A stretch of 60,702 bases of DNA from positions 1 to 60,702 of the forward strand of contig DASZZU010000060.1 of NCBI GenBank assembly GCA_035544855.1, read 5' to 3'. The notes beneath the pieces were generated by a model. That model saw only the letters and a program-made list of their open reading frames with translations. It had not been told where the DNA came from and searched no databases. This DNA is from Gemmatimonadaceae bacterium. GTDB taxonomy: Bacteria > Gemmatimonadota > Gemmatimonadetes > Gemmatimonadales > Gemmatimonadaceae. A program made the translations under genes and the position numbers. Below, piece by piece: positions 8,469 through 19,178 of this stretch. Within the stretch, counting starts at the first letter, position 1. Each line of letters begins with the position of its first letter.

Positions 8469-9686
8469 CTACTGCACGATGGTCTTCTCGATAATGGAAA
8501 GGCCACGCACGAGATCGTCCCGATCCATGATCAGCGGAGGGAGGATGCGAAGCGTGTGCTCACCCGCCGTCAGCATGAGAATACCTTCGTCCCACCCGCG
8601 CTTGACGATCTCACCGGCTGGCTCCAGGACGTCGAGCCCCCAGATGAAGCCGATTCCGCGTATCGCGCGAACTTTCCCTGAGCGACGCGCAATTGCATCG
8701 AGCTGTTCTCCGAGCCACGCGCCGTTCTCTCGAACAGATTCGAGCAGCGCCGGGTCGGAGAGGCGCTCGAACACGTACGCGGCGACCGCGGATACGAGAG
8801 GACCACCGCCAAAGGTGGTTCCGTGATCCCCCGGTTGGATTGCCGTAGCGATCTCCTCCGATACCAGTACGGCGCCCATCGGTAGTCCGCCAGCCAAAGG
8901 CTTGGCGAGCGTAAGCATGTCGGGAACAACGCCGCTTCTCTCGTACGCGAACAGATGACCCGTTCGGCCGAGTCCGCACTGGATCTCATCGAATATGAGC
9001 GCGATTTCCCGCTTGGCAGTCAGCGTTCTCAGCTGTTCCAGGAAAGCGTTATCGAGGACTCGCACTCCTCCCTCCCCCTGCACTGGCTCGACGATCACCG
9101 CTGCAACGGTTTCTTCGTCGAGCGCAGTCTCGAGGTCGGCCAGGTCACGCTCGCAAATCGACACAGCTCCCGCGAGAGGGCGAAATGGCGCGCGATACGA
9201 CGGCCGATCTGTCGCTGCCAGCGACGCGAATAGCCTCCCGTGAAAGCTCCCGCGCAACGCGACGATCTCGACCTTGGCATCGGTCCCGATCTGTCGCGCC
9301 CACCGTCTCGCGAACTTGAATGCGCCTTCGTTCGCTTCCGCGCCGGAGTTGCAGAAAAAGACCTTTGACGCGAATGAGCACTCGACCAGTTTGTCTGCGA
9401 GGTGCTCCCCAGCAGACGTCCGATAAAGATTCGAGGTGTGGATCAGTCCGCTGCTCAAAGCCTCGCTCACCACTCGCGCAATCCCGGCGTCCCCATAACC
9501 GAGTGCGTTTACGGCGATTCCACTGGCGAAATCCAGATACCGTTTGCCATCGGCATCGATGAGATCAACTCCTTCACCTCGCACGAGCTCCATTGGAGCG
9601 CGCTTGTAGGTGCCGAGGAGCGAGGTGTTTGTCGGAGCAGTAGTCTCGATGACTTCTTCTTCAATGGGCAGTGTGACGGCGGTCAT
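8469..9686 (-). CDS. argD: Acetylornithine aminotransferase
   Basis: FCNSGAEANE, FHGR, EPVQGEGG, DEIQCGLGRTG, AKPLAGG, HGTTFGG; lies in the arg cluster. Confidence 0.93.
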   Translation of the reverse strand: MTAVTLPIEEEVIETTAPTNTSLLGTYKRAPMELVRGEGVDLIDADGKRYLDFASGIAVNALGYGDAGIARVVSEALSSGLIHTSNLYRTSAGEHLADKLVECSFASKVFFCNSGAEANEGAFKFARRWARQIGTDAKVEIVALRGSFHGRLFASLAATDRPSYRAPFRPLAGAVSICERDLADLETALDEETVAAVIVEPVQGEGGVRVLDNAFLEQLRTLTAKREIALIFDEIQCGLGRTGHLFAYERSGVVPDMLTLAKPLAGGLPMGAVLVSEEIATAIQPGDHGTTFGGGPLVSAVAAYVFERLSDPALLESVRENGAWLGEQLDAIARRSGKVRAIRGIGFIWGLDVLEPAGEIVKRGWDEGILMLTAGEHTLRILPPLIMDRDDLVRGLSIIEKTIVQ

Positions 9687-10453
9687 ATGACAACGCTCTG
9701 GGATTGTGTGATGAAAGTGCCCCGCTCGTCATCTACGAGACCGACGAGATCACAGATTCGTACACGATCGACTCCTGCGAGGAGAGCCGCGTGGGCTGAT
9801 TCGAGCTTCGCCGCCATTCCTCCCGCGGCTGTTCCGTTTTCGATCAGTTCCCGTGCGGACTCCAGGCTGATGACGGGAACCACCCCACCCTGCTCGTCGC
9901 GAACTCCTTCGACATCAGCAATCAAGAGTAGCTCGTCGGCCTTGAGAGCCGCGGCGATGGCGGCGGCAGCATCGTCGCCGTTCACATTGAGCGCGCCACC
10001 TTGTGCGCTTTCGCCGTTATAGGCAACCGGTGAGATGACCGGAAGATTGCCCGCATCCATAAGAGCATGAAGAAGTTGCGAGTTGACGCTTGTTGGCCGC
10101 CCGGCAAAACCGAGAGACTCGGCATCGATGATCTCCGCCCTGATCAGTGCGCCATCCTCCCCGGATAAGCCGACTGCGGAGACTCCCGCGGCAACCAGGC
10201 CATTCACCAACCTCTTGTTCACCACGCCCGATAGCACCATCCGCAGTAGATCGAGATCGCTTTTCGACGTAACCCGACGACCGCCGATGAATACTGCTTC
10301 TCGGCCAAGAGCTCGTTGCATCGCAGAAACTTCGTCTCCACCGCCGTGCACAACGCACAGCGATTTTGGCGAGTCGCTCCACGCTTCACCCAGGAACGTG
10401 AATAAGCGAGGATCAGCCTGGGCACGCCCTCCTATCTTCACCACACGCATCAC
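9683..10453 (-). CDS. argB: Acetylglutamate kinase
   Basis: VVKIGG, VVHGGG, GRRVT, LNVNGD, GGMAAK. Confidence 0.93.
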   Translation of the reverse strand: MMRVVKIGGRAQADPRLFTFLGEAWSDSPKSLCVVHGGGDEVSAMQRALGREAVFIGGRRVTSKSDLDLLRMVLSGVVNKRLVNGLVAAGVSAVGLSGEDGALIRAEIIDAESLGFAGRPTSVNSQLLHALMDAGNLPVISPVAYNGESAQGGALNVNGDDAAAAIAAALKADELLLIADVEGVRDEQGGVVPVISLESARELIENGTAAGGMAAKLESAHAALLAGVDRVRICDLVGLVDDERGTFITQSQSVVI

Positions 10454-11418
10454 GCGGGTAGTCCTGCCTGCTCGCTGAGTCCAAGGAGGATATTCGCGTT
10501 CTGCAGCGCCTGCCCCGCAGCTCCTTTCATCAAGTTGTCGATCGCTGAAATGATGATGAGTGTGGGCTGCCGCACGTTCGCGGCTTTGGTAACGCTCAGG
10601 CGAACGACGTTCCGCCGGACGACGTCGCGGAGTGACGGCGGCTCATCTGCAATCTCGATGAACGGCTCTCCGTTGTAGCAATCCTTCCATAGGAGAGATG
10701 GGTCTTCGGTGTGCTCTTCGATCGGCACAGTGATGGTCGCCAGAATTCCGCGGGAAACGGGAAGAAGGTGCGGCGTGAACAGGATATCGTTATCTCGGCC
10801 ACCGAGCTCGTTCGTGACGGCCTGCATCTCAGCGAGATGTCTGTGCTCGTTCCCAACTGCGTAGGCGCGAAAATCTTCCGCGACCTCCGCATAGAGCAGA
10901 TCCGGACGCGCGGAGTACCCTGCTCCAGTCACACCGCTCGCTGCCGATACATTGATGGTCGCTCCCGGCGTTACCCATCCTTCTTTCAGTAGGGGTGCGA
11001 TTGCCAGGAGTACGGCCGTTGGGTAGCAGCCGGGATTGGCCACGATTTCAGCTCCCGGAATGTTTTCGCGCATCAGCTCGGTGAGGCCATATTGAGCGTT
11101 GGTCGCGCTTTCCCTCGCTCCTGGGCGAAAGTCCGAGGATAGGTCGACGACTCGCGCACCCGTCGAGCGCGCGTTCCCGACCCACTTGGCGGATGCACCG
11201 TGCGGCAATGCCGTGAATACGATCTCTGCATTGCCCAAAGGCGCGTCCTCGGTCGCGACATATGTCACCTCCAATTGGCCTATCCGGGAGCGTTGTCCGC
11301 GTTGCTCGTTCGCTGACGCAAAGGCGAGCTCGAGCTTGGGGTGCCGCGCGATCAATCCGCACAGCTCCCGCCCAGCGTAGCCGCTGGCGCCAAGAACCCC
11401 CACCGGAACTTTATGCAT
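10450..11418 (-). CDS. argC: N-acetyl-gamma-glutamyl-phosphate reductase
   Basis: GASGYAG, ALPHG, DLSSDFR, ANPGCYPT, DNLMKGAAGQALQN. Confidence 0.96.
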   Translation of the reverse strand: MHKVPVGVLGASGYAGRELCGLIARHPKLELAFASANEQRGQRSRIGQLEVTYVATEDAPLGNAEIVFTALPHGASAKWVGNARSTGARVVDLSSDFRPGARESATNAQYGLTELMRENIPGAEIVANPGCYPTAVLLAIAPLLKEGWVTPGATINVSAASGVTGAGYSARPDLLYAEVAEDFRAYAVGNEHRHLAEMQAVTNELGGRDNDILFTPHLLPVSRGILATITVPIEEHTEDPSLLWKDCYNGEPFIEIADEPPSLRDVVRRNVVRLSVTKAANVRQPTLIIISAIDNLMKGAAGQALQNANILLGLSEQAGLPA

Positions 11419-11431
11419 AAATAATGCATAA
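11411..11431. promoter_or_regulatory. ARG-box-like operator over the argC start
   Basis: Perfect inverted repeat TTATGCAT-AAATA-ATGCATAA, AT-rich, between divergent argC and argR. Confidence 0.7.
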
Positions 11432-11507
11432 CATTACACGACTCGCCAGTCAATGATCCGCAGGGCCGCCTCGCGCGCCGGCCAACGGAGTGCTAAACTC
11501 ATCCTCG

Positions 11508-11966
11508 ATGGCCAACAAGCGCGAACGGCACGACACGATTCTCGAGATAATCGGGGCCCGGGTGGTTAGCAGCCAGGAAGATCTCCGCAAGCTTCTTCTC
11601 CAGAGGGGGTGGGACGTAACCCAGGCAACCCTCTCCCGCGATTTGCGCGAGCTCAGGCTCGCCCGCGTCCCGACACCGGAAGGCGCCCGATACGCCATTA
11701 CCGACGGGAGCATAGAGGAGAGCCGCGCCGCGCTCGACACCCTCCTGCCTCAGTTGTTTCTTCGACTCGATGGCGTCAGTGAAATGCTTGTCTTGCGGAC
11801 CGTTCCTGGGGGCGCTCAGCCAATCGCTGCCGCACTCGACGGCGAAGGCTGGTCCGACATATTGGGGACTGTTGGGGGCGACGATACCATATTGATAATC
11901 TGCCGCTCGGTCGCCGCCCGCGACCGCGTGATGCGGCGCCTCCGGGCCCTGGCTGGGCAGCCCTGA
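11508..11966 (+). CDS. argR: Arginine repressor
   Basis: SQEDL, VTQATLSRDLREL, GTVGGDDTILII. Confidence 0.95.
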   Translation: MANKRERHDTILEIIGARVVSSQEDLRKLLLQRGWDVTQATLSRDLRELRLARVPTPEGARYAITDGSIEESRAALDTLLPQLFLRLDGVSEMLVLRTVPGGAQPIAAALDGEGWSDILGTVGGDDTILIICRSVAARDRVMRRLRALAGQP

Positions 11967-11990
11967 TCGAGTGTTGACGTAGGCTGCCCA

Positions 11991-12029
11991 AACGATTAAA
12001 TATTCAGACATTCTGAATACTTATTGAGG
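11991..12029 (+). promoter_or_regulatory. Tandem ARG boxes upstream of argG
   Basis: Cores CGATTAAATATTCA (11993-12006) and TGAATACTTATTGA (12014-12027) form two 18-bp boxes 3 bp apart. TTGACG at 11974-11979 lies upstream. Confidence 0.8.
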
Positions 12030-12034
12030 CGCCC

Positions 12035-13300
12035 GTGATTCGCACAATTGCCCTCGCCTACTCCGGTGGGCTCGACACATCGATCATCGTCCCCTGGCTC
12101 AAGGAGCGTTATGGCGCGCGGGTGATCTGTGTCGCCGCGGATATCGGCCAGGGAGAAGAACTGGAGGGCGTCCGCGCCAAAGCGATTGCTTCCGGCGCGG
12201 ACGAGTGCTACGTCGAGGACCTCCGGCAGGAGTTTGTCGAAGACTTCGTCTGGCCCACGCTCCGAGCCGGAGCGATTTACGGTCGAAAATATCTCCTCGG
12301 CACGTCTATGGGCCGTCCCCTCATTGCGCGCCGACAGGTTGAGATCGCTCGGCAGGTGGGGGCGGATGCGCTCGCCCACGGTTGCACCGGCAAGGGTAAC
12401 GATCAGGTCCGCTTCGAGCTCACTTACGCTGCGTTTGCTCCTGATCTGCCCGTCATAGCACCGTGGCGCGAATGGAACATCCGGAGCCGCGAAGACGCGA
12501 TCGCCTACGCGGAAGCTCACAAGGTTCCCGTTGCGGCGACACGCGACAAGATTTACTCGCGCGATCGGAACATCTGGCATATCTCCCATGAGGGTGGCGT
12601 GCTCGAGCAACCCGCTGTCGCCCCGCCAGCAGATCTGTTCATGTTGACGACGGCACCTGAGAATGCGCCCGATCAACCCGAGGAAGTCACGATTGGGTTC
12701 CACTCAGGGACGCCGGTCTCGGTCAACGGAACAGAACTGGACCCCGTCGATCTCGTCGTCGCGCTCAACAAGATCGGGGGGCGCCACGGGATTGGGCGCA
12801 TCGACCTCGTGGAAGATCGCCTCGTCGGAATGAAGTCCCGTGGAGTTTACGAAACTCCTGGGGGCACTCTCCTGTACTCCGCCCATAGTGAGTTGGAGCA
12901 GCTCGTGCTCGACCGACGCACGCTGGCCGCAAAAGATCTCATTGCTCCCCGCTACGCTGATCTGGTCTACGAGGGACGTTGGTGGACGACCGAGCGCGAA
13001 GGCTACGACGCCTTCGTGAACGTCACCCAAGAGCGCGTCACTGGATCGGTGACTCTCCGACTGTTCAAGGGATCAGCCTCCGTGGTCGGTCGCGAGAGCG
13101 AGTACGCGCTGTACGACGAGCGCTTCGTCACCTTTGGTGAAGACGACGTCTACCAGCAGAGCGATGCCGCGGGATTCATCCGGCTCTATGGCCTGTCAGC
13201 CCGCGTCCGCGCTATCCGTGACCAGGAAATGGCCGCCACAAAGGCCGAGAATGATAGCAAAAGCGAATCGCGAGAGCCTGCGACTCTCGCGATAGCTTGA
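12035..13300 (+). CDS. argG: Argininosuccinate synthase
   Basis: [37 protein letters not shown]. Confidence 0.97.
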   Translation: MIRTIALAYSGGLDTSIIVPWLKERYGARVICVAADIGQGEELEGVRAKAIASGADECYVEDLRQEFVEDFVWPTLRAGAIYGRKYLLGTSMGRPLIARRQVEIARQVGADALAHGCTGKGNDQVRFELTYAAFAPDLPVIAPWREWNIRSREDAIAYAEAHKVPVAATRDKIYSRDRNIWHISHEGGVLEQPAVAPPADLFMLTTAPENAPDQPEEVTIGFHSGTPVSVNGTELDPVDLVVALNKIGGRHGIGRIDLVEDRLVGMKSRGVYETPGGTLLYSAHSELEQLVLDRRTLAAKDLIAPRYADLVYEGRWWTTEREGYDAFVNVTQERVTGSVTLRLFKGSASVVGRESEYALYDERFVTFGEDDVYQQSDAAGFIRLYGLSARVRAIRDQEMAATKAENDSKSESREPATLAIA

Positions 13301-14745
13301 GCCTGCCCTTCCCCATGTCCGATCACATGTCCCACAAGCTTTGGGGAGGACGGTTCGCGGTGCCGACCGCCGCCGCTCTGGACGCCCTCAACCGCTCCAT
13401 TGGTACCGACTACCGGCTGTGGCCGTTCGATATCAATCTATCTCGTGCCTGGGTCGTTGCTCTTTGGGGGGCAGGTGTTCTCACTCTCGAGGAAAGCAAG
13501 AAGATCGAGAAAGGCCTCGCGGCGGTTGCTGAGAAGCTCGCGGGCGGTGCGACACCGGTTCCATCCGATGAAGACGTGCACACGATGATCGACAGGATGC
13601 TTCACGAAGAGGTGGGAGAGGTCGCGTCGAAGCTGCATACCGGTCGAAGCCGAAACGATCAGGTCGCGACCGCGACACGTCTCTGGTCAATGGATGCGTG
13701 CGCCAAGTTGGATTCTGCCGCGCGGATGCTGCAGCAGGTGATGCTGGACCACGCGGAAACGCTCCAGGATGCGTTGATGCCGTCGTACACCCATCTTCAA
13801 CGCGCGCAGCCGGTTGCCGCCGCGCATTGGATGTTGTCCCACTTCTGGCCGCTCGAGCGCGACCGCGCCAGAATCGCATCTGCCTCGCGGGCCGCCGCCA
13901 TTCTCCCTCTTGGATCTGGCGCGATCGCCGGGTGTGCATTCCCCATTTCACGCGTGCTTCTCCAGGGCAGCCTAGGGTTTAGCGCTGTTTCCCAAAACAG
14001 CATCGACGCGGTTGGCGACAGGGATTTCGTCGCCGAGTTGTTGTTCGCCGTCGCGATGATGGCGACGCACCTCTCACGTCTTGCCGAAGACTTGATCATC
14101 TATGGGTCAAGCGAGTTCGGATTCGTCCAGTTTGGAGATGCCTTCACAACCGGCTCCAGCATGATGCCACAAAAGCGCAATCCGGATGCGCTCGAGCTGG
14201 CACGCGGATCAGGTGCGCGCGCAATCGGCGACCTCTCGACGTTGCTCTCGACCCTCAAGGGTTTGCCCAGCGGGTACAACAAGGACCTCCAGGACGACAA
14301 GCGTGTGCTATTCGATGCCGTCGACACGGCCCTTCTCGTGCTTCCCGCAGTCGCTGGGGCGCTCCAGGAAACGCGCTTCAATGCCAAGCGCATGCGAGCC
14401 GCGCTCTCGAGCAGCATGATGGCAACCGATCTCGCTGATTATCTGGTAGGGAAGGGAGCTACCTTCCGCGATGCCCACGGCGCCATTGGCGCGTTGATTC
14501 GCGAGAGCGAGAGCGATGGCTGCGATCTGGACGGATTACCGCTCAAATCCTTCAAAGCTGCGCATCCCCTGTTCGGCGACGACGCGCTTGATTGGCTCGA
14601 GCCCTCTCGATCGGTCGCGCGTCGGGACGTGCCAGGAGGTACGGGTGCGAGCGCGGTAAGGGCACAGCTTCGTTCGGCGCATGAGGCGCTGCGGCCGATA
14701 GGCGAAGCAGCACGTGGTAATGAGCTGGTGCTTCGCGCGATCTAG
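13297..14745 (+). CDS. argH: Argininosuccinate lyase (start could be ATG 13315 or 13327)
   Basis: [38 protein letters not shown]. Confidence 0.97.
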   Translation: MSLPFPMSDHMSHKLWGGRFAVPTAAALDALNRSIGTDYRLWPFDINLSRAWVVALWGAGVLTLEESKKIEKGLAAVAEKLAGGATPVPSDEDVHTMIDRMLHEEVGEVASKLHTGRSRNDQVATATRLWSMDACAKLDSAARMLQQVMLDHAETLQDALMPSYTHLQRAQPVAAAHWMLSHFWPLERDRARIASASRAAAILPLGSGAIAGCAFPISRVLLQGSLGFSAVSQNSIDAVGDRDFVAELLFAVAMMATHLSRLAEDLIIYGSSEFGFVQFGDAFTTGSSMMPQKRNPDALELARGSGARAIGDLSTLLSTLKGLPSGYNKDLQDDKRVLFDAVDTALLVLPAVAGALQETRFNAKRMRAALSSSMMATDLADYLVGKGATFRDAHGAIGALIRESESDGCDLDGLPLKSFKAAHPLFGDDALDWLEPSRSVARRDVPGGTGASAVRAQLRSAHEALRPIGEAARGNELVLRAI

Positions 14746-14761
14746 GAAGAGAAAAGATCCA

Positions 14762-14799
14762 CAACAAGAAAGGCGCACGATCGTACGCCTTTCTTGTTG
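14762..14799. terminator. Bidirectional intrinsic terminator
   Basis: CAACAAGAAAGGCG-N10-CGCCTTTCTTGTTG between convergent genes. Confidence 0.85.
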
Positions 14800-14805
14800 C
14801 AAGCT

Positions 14806-15357
14806 TTAGAACATTACTCCGAGCGTGATTGGGACGAAGTGTATTACTCCGCCTTTCGCTGGCTCCCGGGATATGAAGTGATATCTCGACTCCAGGAAGC
14901 TTGCGATCGGCCCCAACCCGAAGGTCACTCCAACTCCGGCATTCAATCCGAAATGATTTTCCGATTTGGATCCGGCGACATCAAGCCTCGTGTTGTACAG
15001 CCCTCCTCCCGCCACGATATAGCTCTTCGCGCTCGTTCCCGGGAACGCGTAGATAAGATTGCCAAGTATTCCGGCGATTCGAAAACTGTAGGTGTTCGTC
15101 GGCGGCGAAGTAAGGTTCTTGTGGGAGAAATTGTTGTAGATCCCGTCAAATCGAACCCCGATCGGTAGCTCGGCGACACCGATCGCGAGAGCGACGATTC
15201 CGTTGAAGCCGGTAGTCTGAGTGTCGCTCAGCTTCCCGACCGGTATGGCCGCACCTCCTCCGATTCCAAGCGCGTAGGTCTTCTGACCATTCGCTTGAGC
15301 GGAAAGCACGATCGAAGCGAGAGCCGAGACCGCTATGATGTGAGGAAAACGCTTCAT
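14806..15357 (-). CDS. Small outer-membrane beta-barrel protein
   Basis: Signal peptide (…AQANG), alternating aromatic/Gly strands, terminal LGVMF beta-signal. Confidence 0.8.
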   Translation of the reverse strand: MKRFPHIIAVSALASIVLSAQANGQKTYALGIGGGAAIPVGKLSDTQTTGFNGIVALAIGVAELPIGVRFDGIYNNFSHKNLTSPPTNTYSFRIAGILGNLIYAFPGTSAKSYIVAGGGLYNTRLDVAGSKSENHFGLNAGVGVTFGLGPIASFLESRYHFISREPAKGGVIHFVPITLGVMF

Positions 15358-15482
15358 TTTATCCGCCGGGAATTCATAGTGAGCGAGGCGCGAACTGGCA
15401 CAATATAACGAGGAGAAGAGCTTGTAACGGGAGAGAAAGAGTGGTACCATTAAATATCCTTTTTTCTTAGGATAATTTAATC

Positions 15483-15872
15483 GTTCGGGCCTATACTATT
15501 GCCACAGCTGCACTTGCCCTCGGGACATCTGTAAAGTGGCTCGACAATGTCCTATCGCATAATCGCGTCTCTGGGGTGGCCCAGGAGCGCCAGGGCATCT
15601 CTCGTCGACTAACGGTTGAGGGTTTGTTGGTCTTGGCAATAGCGGTTTTGCTCATTCAGGAGCTTGGATTACCGACGCCAAAGGCGATCGTGCTGGCCGA
15701 GGATCTCGCGAAGAACGAAGGTAGATACATGGCGCAGCAAGGGCTGAACCTCGCACTCGACCTGCCGTCTTTTCGAATAAGGTTACTCGAAAGGCTGGAA
15801 AACGCCGTCGAGATCGCGCCAGTTCCGAAGAGAGGCCGTCCTCCCCGAAACAAAACGGGGCGCCTCGATTGA
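15483..15872 (+). CDS. Small putative HTH protein with AT-hook-like tail; start uncertain (GTT 15483 or GTG 15576)
   Basis: Frame is open from 15471. VRAYTIATAALALGTSVKWLDNVL resembles a MerR/excisionase HTH start; C-terminal PKRGRPP. Confidence 0.6.
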   Translation, partial: VRAYTIATAALALGTSVKWLDNVLSHNRVSGVAQERQGISRRLTVEGLLVLAIAVLLIQELGLPTPKAIVLAEDLAKNEGRYMAQQGLNLALDLPSFRIRLLERLENAVEIAPVPKRGRPPRNKTGRLD

Positions 15873-15881
15873 GACGCCCCG
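15851..15881 (-). terminator. Intrinsic terminator of the csp gene
   Basis: CGGGGCG-N12-CGCCCCG followed by TTTTG on the minus strand. Confidence 0.7.
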
Positions 15882-15910
15882 CCAGATTGTGCCAGTGAAG
15901 CCGACGTGGC

Positions 15911-16120
15911 TTAAGAAGCCTTCGTCACGTTCTCGGCAGCCGGACCCTTCTGACCTTCGACAATGTCGAACTCTACCGCGTCACCTTCGGCAAGGGACTT
16001 GAACCCCGAGCCGGAAATAGCGCTGTAGTGAACGAAGCAATCCTTCTGCCCGTTGTCAGGTGTGATAAAGCCAAAGCCCTTCGCATCGTTGAACCACTTC
16101 ACTTTGCCGGTCGTACGCAT
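15911..16120 (-). CDS. csp: Cold-shock protein, 69 aa
   Basis: [30 protein letters not shown]; AGGAG Shine-Dalgarno. Confidence 0.97.
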   Translation of the reverse strand: MRTTGKVKWFNDAKGFGFITPDNGQKDCFVHYSAISGSGFKSLAEGDAVEFDIVEGQKGPAAENVTKAS

Positions 16121-16265
16121 TCCCTGCTCCTGAAAAATTTGTGTCTTGGGGAGCGGAGAACGCCCGACCCTCGACAATCTGATATACGGGTCTCGCTAAC
16201 CCCGCATTGGACTTGAGAGGGAAGCACGGACCTTCGCCCGCCCTTCCCAGCTCGACTTGGCTGAA

Positions 16266-16294
16266 AAAATAGCAAGGACCGGCTGAGCAGACAA
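16266..16294 (-). promoter_or_regulatory. Sigma70-type promoter of csp
   Basis: TTGTCT-17 nt-TATTTT with extended TG; implies a 5' UTR of about 140 nt. Confidence 0.55.
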
Positions 16295-16303
16295 TAGACA
16301 GAT

Positions 16304-16729
16304 TCAAGGGCCGGTTCTGTGGACCCCCGTAACGAAATACTCCGTCTCGCCAAAGCAGGAGGTTGGCACTCCTCTGTGCTGATCATAGGCCAATGAAACC
16401 TGCTTACCGGCATTCTGCTCGATCACCTTGGCAATCGAGTCGTTCCGAACCGTAAATGCGAAGATTTGCGGCATTGTCCCGGGCAGATTTGCCATCGCCA
16501 GCTCACCCTCCCAGGTCTTACAGATCCATCCCTTCTTGGAAATCTTCTGGACATACCCCGCCCGCTCCTCTGAAGAGTACGTGTAGCCCAGGGAGACCCA
16601 GATCCAGAGCGCGACGATTACTGCGGGAATAAGGAGAAGAACGAGGAGCACAATGAACACCTTACGATGCTTCTTCTTGACGGGAACGGGCGCGGCGGGT
16701 GTGGCGGAAGTATCGGGGATATCAGCCAT
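16304..16729 (-). CDS. Conserved hypothetical single-pass membrane protein
   Basis: N-terminal TM helix; [27 protein letters not shown] and CFGETEYFV look like conserved motifs. Confidence 0.75.
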   Translation of the reverse strand: MADIPDTSATPAAPVPVKKKHRKVFIVLLVLLLIPAVIVALWIWVSLGYTYSSEERAGYVQKISKKGWICKTWEGELAMANLPGTMPQIFAFTVRNDSIAKVIEQNAGKQVSLAYDQHRGVPTSCFGETEYFVTGVHRTGP

Positions 16730-16828
16730 CTGAGCTCCAGAAGTGCCGGGAAGGGAAGACGTTCAGGGTCCAACATGCACCGCTTGGACCAGGGAATTAG
16801 CTTTCAAAATCATCACACGCAAGCAGAC

Positions 16829-18064
16829 GTGCCGATCGTAACGCGAAGACCAACCGTATCCTCGATGGTAGGCGACGTACCCATTGGGTCCGCCTATCCG
16901 ATCGCGGTGCAGTCGATGACCAACACCGACACTGCCGACGCTTCCGCCACCGCGCTTCAAGTGGCGGAGCTCTCGCGCGCTGGTAGCAGGCTCGTCCGGG
17001 TAACGGTCAACAACGACGAAGCTGCACGAGCGGTGCCCGAGATCGCCAGCAGACTCACCGACATGGGTGTTTCGGTCCCGCTGATCGGAGATTTCCACTA
17101 TAACGGCCATTTGCTCCTCGCCCGATATCCCGAGGCCGCGCGAATTCTGGCCAAGTACCGCATCAATCCCGGAAACGTCGGTGGGAAACGGCGCGACGAG
17201 AATTTCCGGACGATCATCCAGATCGCGCTCGACACCGACAAGCCCGTCAGAATCGGAGTCAACTGGGGATCGCTCGATCAGGATCTTCTGACGTCGCTGA
17301 TGGACGCGAACGCGCAGAGTGCCGCACAGCGCACCGCGAAAGAGGTCTACATCGAGGCGATGCTTCAGAGTGCTCTACGCTCCGCGGCGATCGCGGAGGA
17401 GGTCGGGCTCGGACACAACCGTATCATAATTTCGGCAAAGGTTTCGGGAGTGCAGGATTTGATCGACGTGTATCGACAGCTGGCCGCTCGCTGCGACTAC
17501 CCGTTGCATCTCGGACTCACCGAAGCCGGGCTTGGCTCAAAGGGAATTGTTGCCAGCACGGCGGCGCTTTCAATTCTCCTGTCAGAGGGAATCGGCGACA
17601 CGATCCGGGTTTCGCTGACACCGCGTCCTGGTGGAGATCGCACCGAAGAGGTCCACGTCGCTCAACAGATTCTCCAGTCACTCGAGCTCCAGAACTTCAA
17701 TCCTCAGGTAACTGCATGTCCGGGCTGCGGCCGCACTACATCGACATTCTTCCAGCACATGGCTGAGGACATACAGACTTACCTGCGGGAGCAAATGCCG
17801 GCATGGCGGAAGCGGTATCCCGGCGTGATCGACATGAAAGTCGCGGTGATGGGCTGCGTCGTGAACGGCCCTGGTGAGTCGAAGCACGCCAACATTGGCA
17901 TCTCGCTGCCGGGGACTTTCGAGGAGCCCAAGGCTCCGGTCTACGTCGACGGAAAGTTGATGGTCACCCTCAAGGGCGAGACGATTGTTCCAGAATTTCT
18001 GAAGATACTCGACGACTATGTCGAGAGGACTTACGGGAAAGCAGCAGCCGCTATTACGGTCTAG
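16829..18064 (+). CDS. ispG: (E)-4-hydroxy-3-methylbut-2-enyl-diphosphate synthase
   Basis: [56 protein letters not shown]. Start placed at GTG 16829. Confidence 0.96.
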   Translation: MPIVTRRPTVSSMVGDVPIGSAYPIAVQSMTNTDTADASATALQVAELSRAGSRLVRVTVNNDEAARAVPEIASRLTDMGVSVPLIGDFHYNGHLLLARYPEAARILAKYRINPGNVGGKRRDENFRTIIQIALDTDKPVRIGVNWGSLDQDLLTSLMDANAQSAAQRTAKEVYIEAMLQSALRSAAIAEEVGLGHNRIIISAKVSGVQDLIDVYRQLAARCDYPLHLGLTEAGLGSKGIVASTAALSILLSEGIGDTIRVSLTPRPGGDRTEEVHVAQQILQSLELQNFNPQVTACPGCGRTTSTFFQHMAEDIQTYLREQMPAWRKRYPGVIDMKVAVMGCVVNGPGESKHANIGISLPGTFEEPKAPVYVDGKLMVTLKGETIVPEFLKILDDYVERTYGKAAAAITV

Positions 18065-18681
18065 CTGCTGGATGAGCCGCCGAGCTTGAGAAGCTCACCA
18101 GAAATCTGGTCGAGCTCCGTCATGATCGGAGCGGCAAAGCCTACTTCGCGAAGCTTCTCGTAAACCTGCCGATACCAGCGCGCGGTCCCCGATTTTCCGC
18201 CGCCAAACCGGTTCCAGACCGTCTCCGGATCGACCGTTCTCCGCAAATCCGCGACGATCGACGACGCGTTGTGAATCTTGTCCGCTGCGCAGACCCAGCG
18301 CGCCTCTTCGTTAGCCGTGGCTAATCGCTCGAGGTAGTCAGTCTTGCGCTCGTCCCCGGAGAGCTCCACTCCGTCGTCGTCATGTCTTCGATACGTGATG
18401 GCGAGAACTGCTTCCAGCACCTTCGCACCGAATTTGTCGCCGATGCGTTGTTCCAGCATCTCTCGCGTATAGCCATCTCGAACACAATCTTCGACAACGT
18501 CGTGGAGAATCCCCGCTACCACGGTGTCGTTGTCGCGTCCGTAGCGCGCAAGGATTATCGCTACATTCGCCGGATGGGTCAGGTAGGGAAGCTTTGTTCC
18601 CTTTCGCACCTGCCGATCGTGATGTTTGGCCGCGAACGCAAGCGCATGGTTGATGACGTCCGAATAACCGGCGGCTGTCAT
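18061..18681 (-). CDS. HD-domain protein, RelA/SpoT hydrolase-like (Mesh1/SAH type)
   Basis: [31 protein letters not shown]. Confidence 0.85.
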   Translation of the reverse strand: MTAAGYSDVINHALAFAAKHHDRQVRKGTKLPYLTHPANVAIILARYGRDNDTVVAGILHDVVEDCVRDGYTREMLEQRIGDKFGAKVLEAVLAITYRRHDDDGVELSGDERKTDYLERLATANEEARWVCAADKIHNASSIVADLRRTVDPETVWNRFGGGKSGTARWYRQVYEKLREVGFAAPIMTELDQISGELLKLGGSSSS

Positions 18682-19172
18682 TGCTTCACGGTCGCGAACC
18701 AGGACACGAGCTGCTCGAGTCCGCCTTGATCTTCTTCATTGAACGCATCGAGCTGGCCGGAATCTACGTCGAGAACAGCAAGTAGATCACCCCGTGCCCC
18801 AAGAACCGGGACGACGATTTCGGATCGTGAGCGGGCATCGCACGTTATGTGGCCGGGGTATTTGTCGACGTCGGGCACAATGACGGTTCTCCTTTCGGCG
18901 GCGGCGGTCCCGCATACTCCGCGACCGAAGGCAATGTCGAGACAGCCCAGGGATCCCTGATAGGGTCCGACGCGCAGCAGCACCCCGGGCTCTACGACCC
19001 GATAAAAGCCAGTCCACAGGTGTCCGAACGCATGATGGACCAGCGCGGCAATTGTTGCCATTGCAGCAATCGGGTCGGAGACCCCGTCAAGGATCGCCTC
19101 ACAATGTCCCTGCAGCTCCCTGTATGCTCGAGCCTTTGGAACCCCTCTTAGATCGGGAATTGTTTCTGCCAT
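18678..19172 (-). CDS. GAF-domain protein, free methionine-R-sulfoxide reductase (MsrC/fRMsr)-like
   Basis: WTGFY, GPYQG..GC, GRGVCG, HITCD, SEIVVP, VLDVDS. Confidence 0.88.
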   Translation of the reverse strand: MAETIPDLRGVPKARAYRELQGHCEAILDGVSDPIAAMATIAALVHHAFGHLWTGFYRVVEPGVLLRVGPYQGSLGCLDIAFGRGVCGTAAAERRTVIVPDVDKYPGHITCDARSRSEIVVPVLGARGDLLAVLDVDSGQLDAFNEEDQGGLEQLVSWFATVKQ

Positions 19173-19178
19173 TACCGT

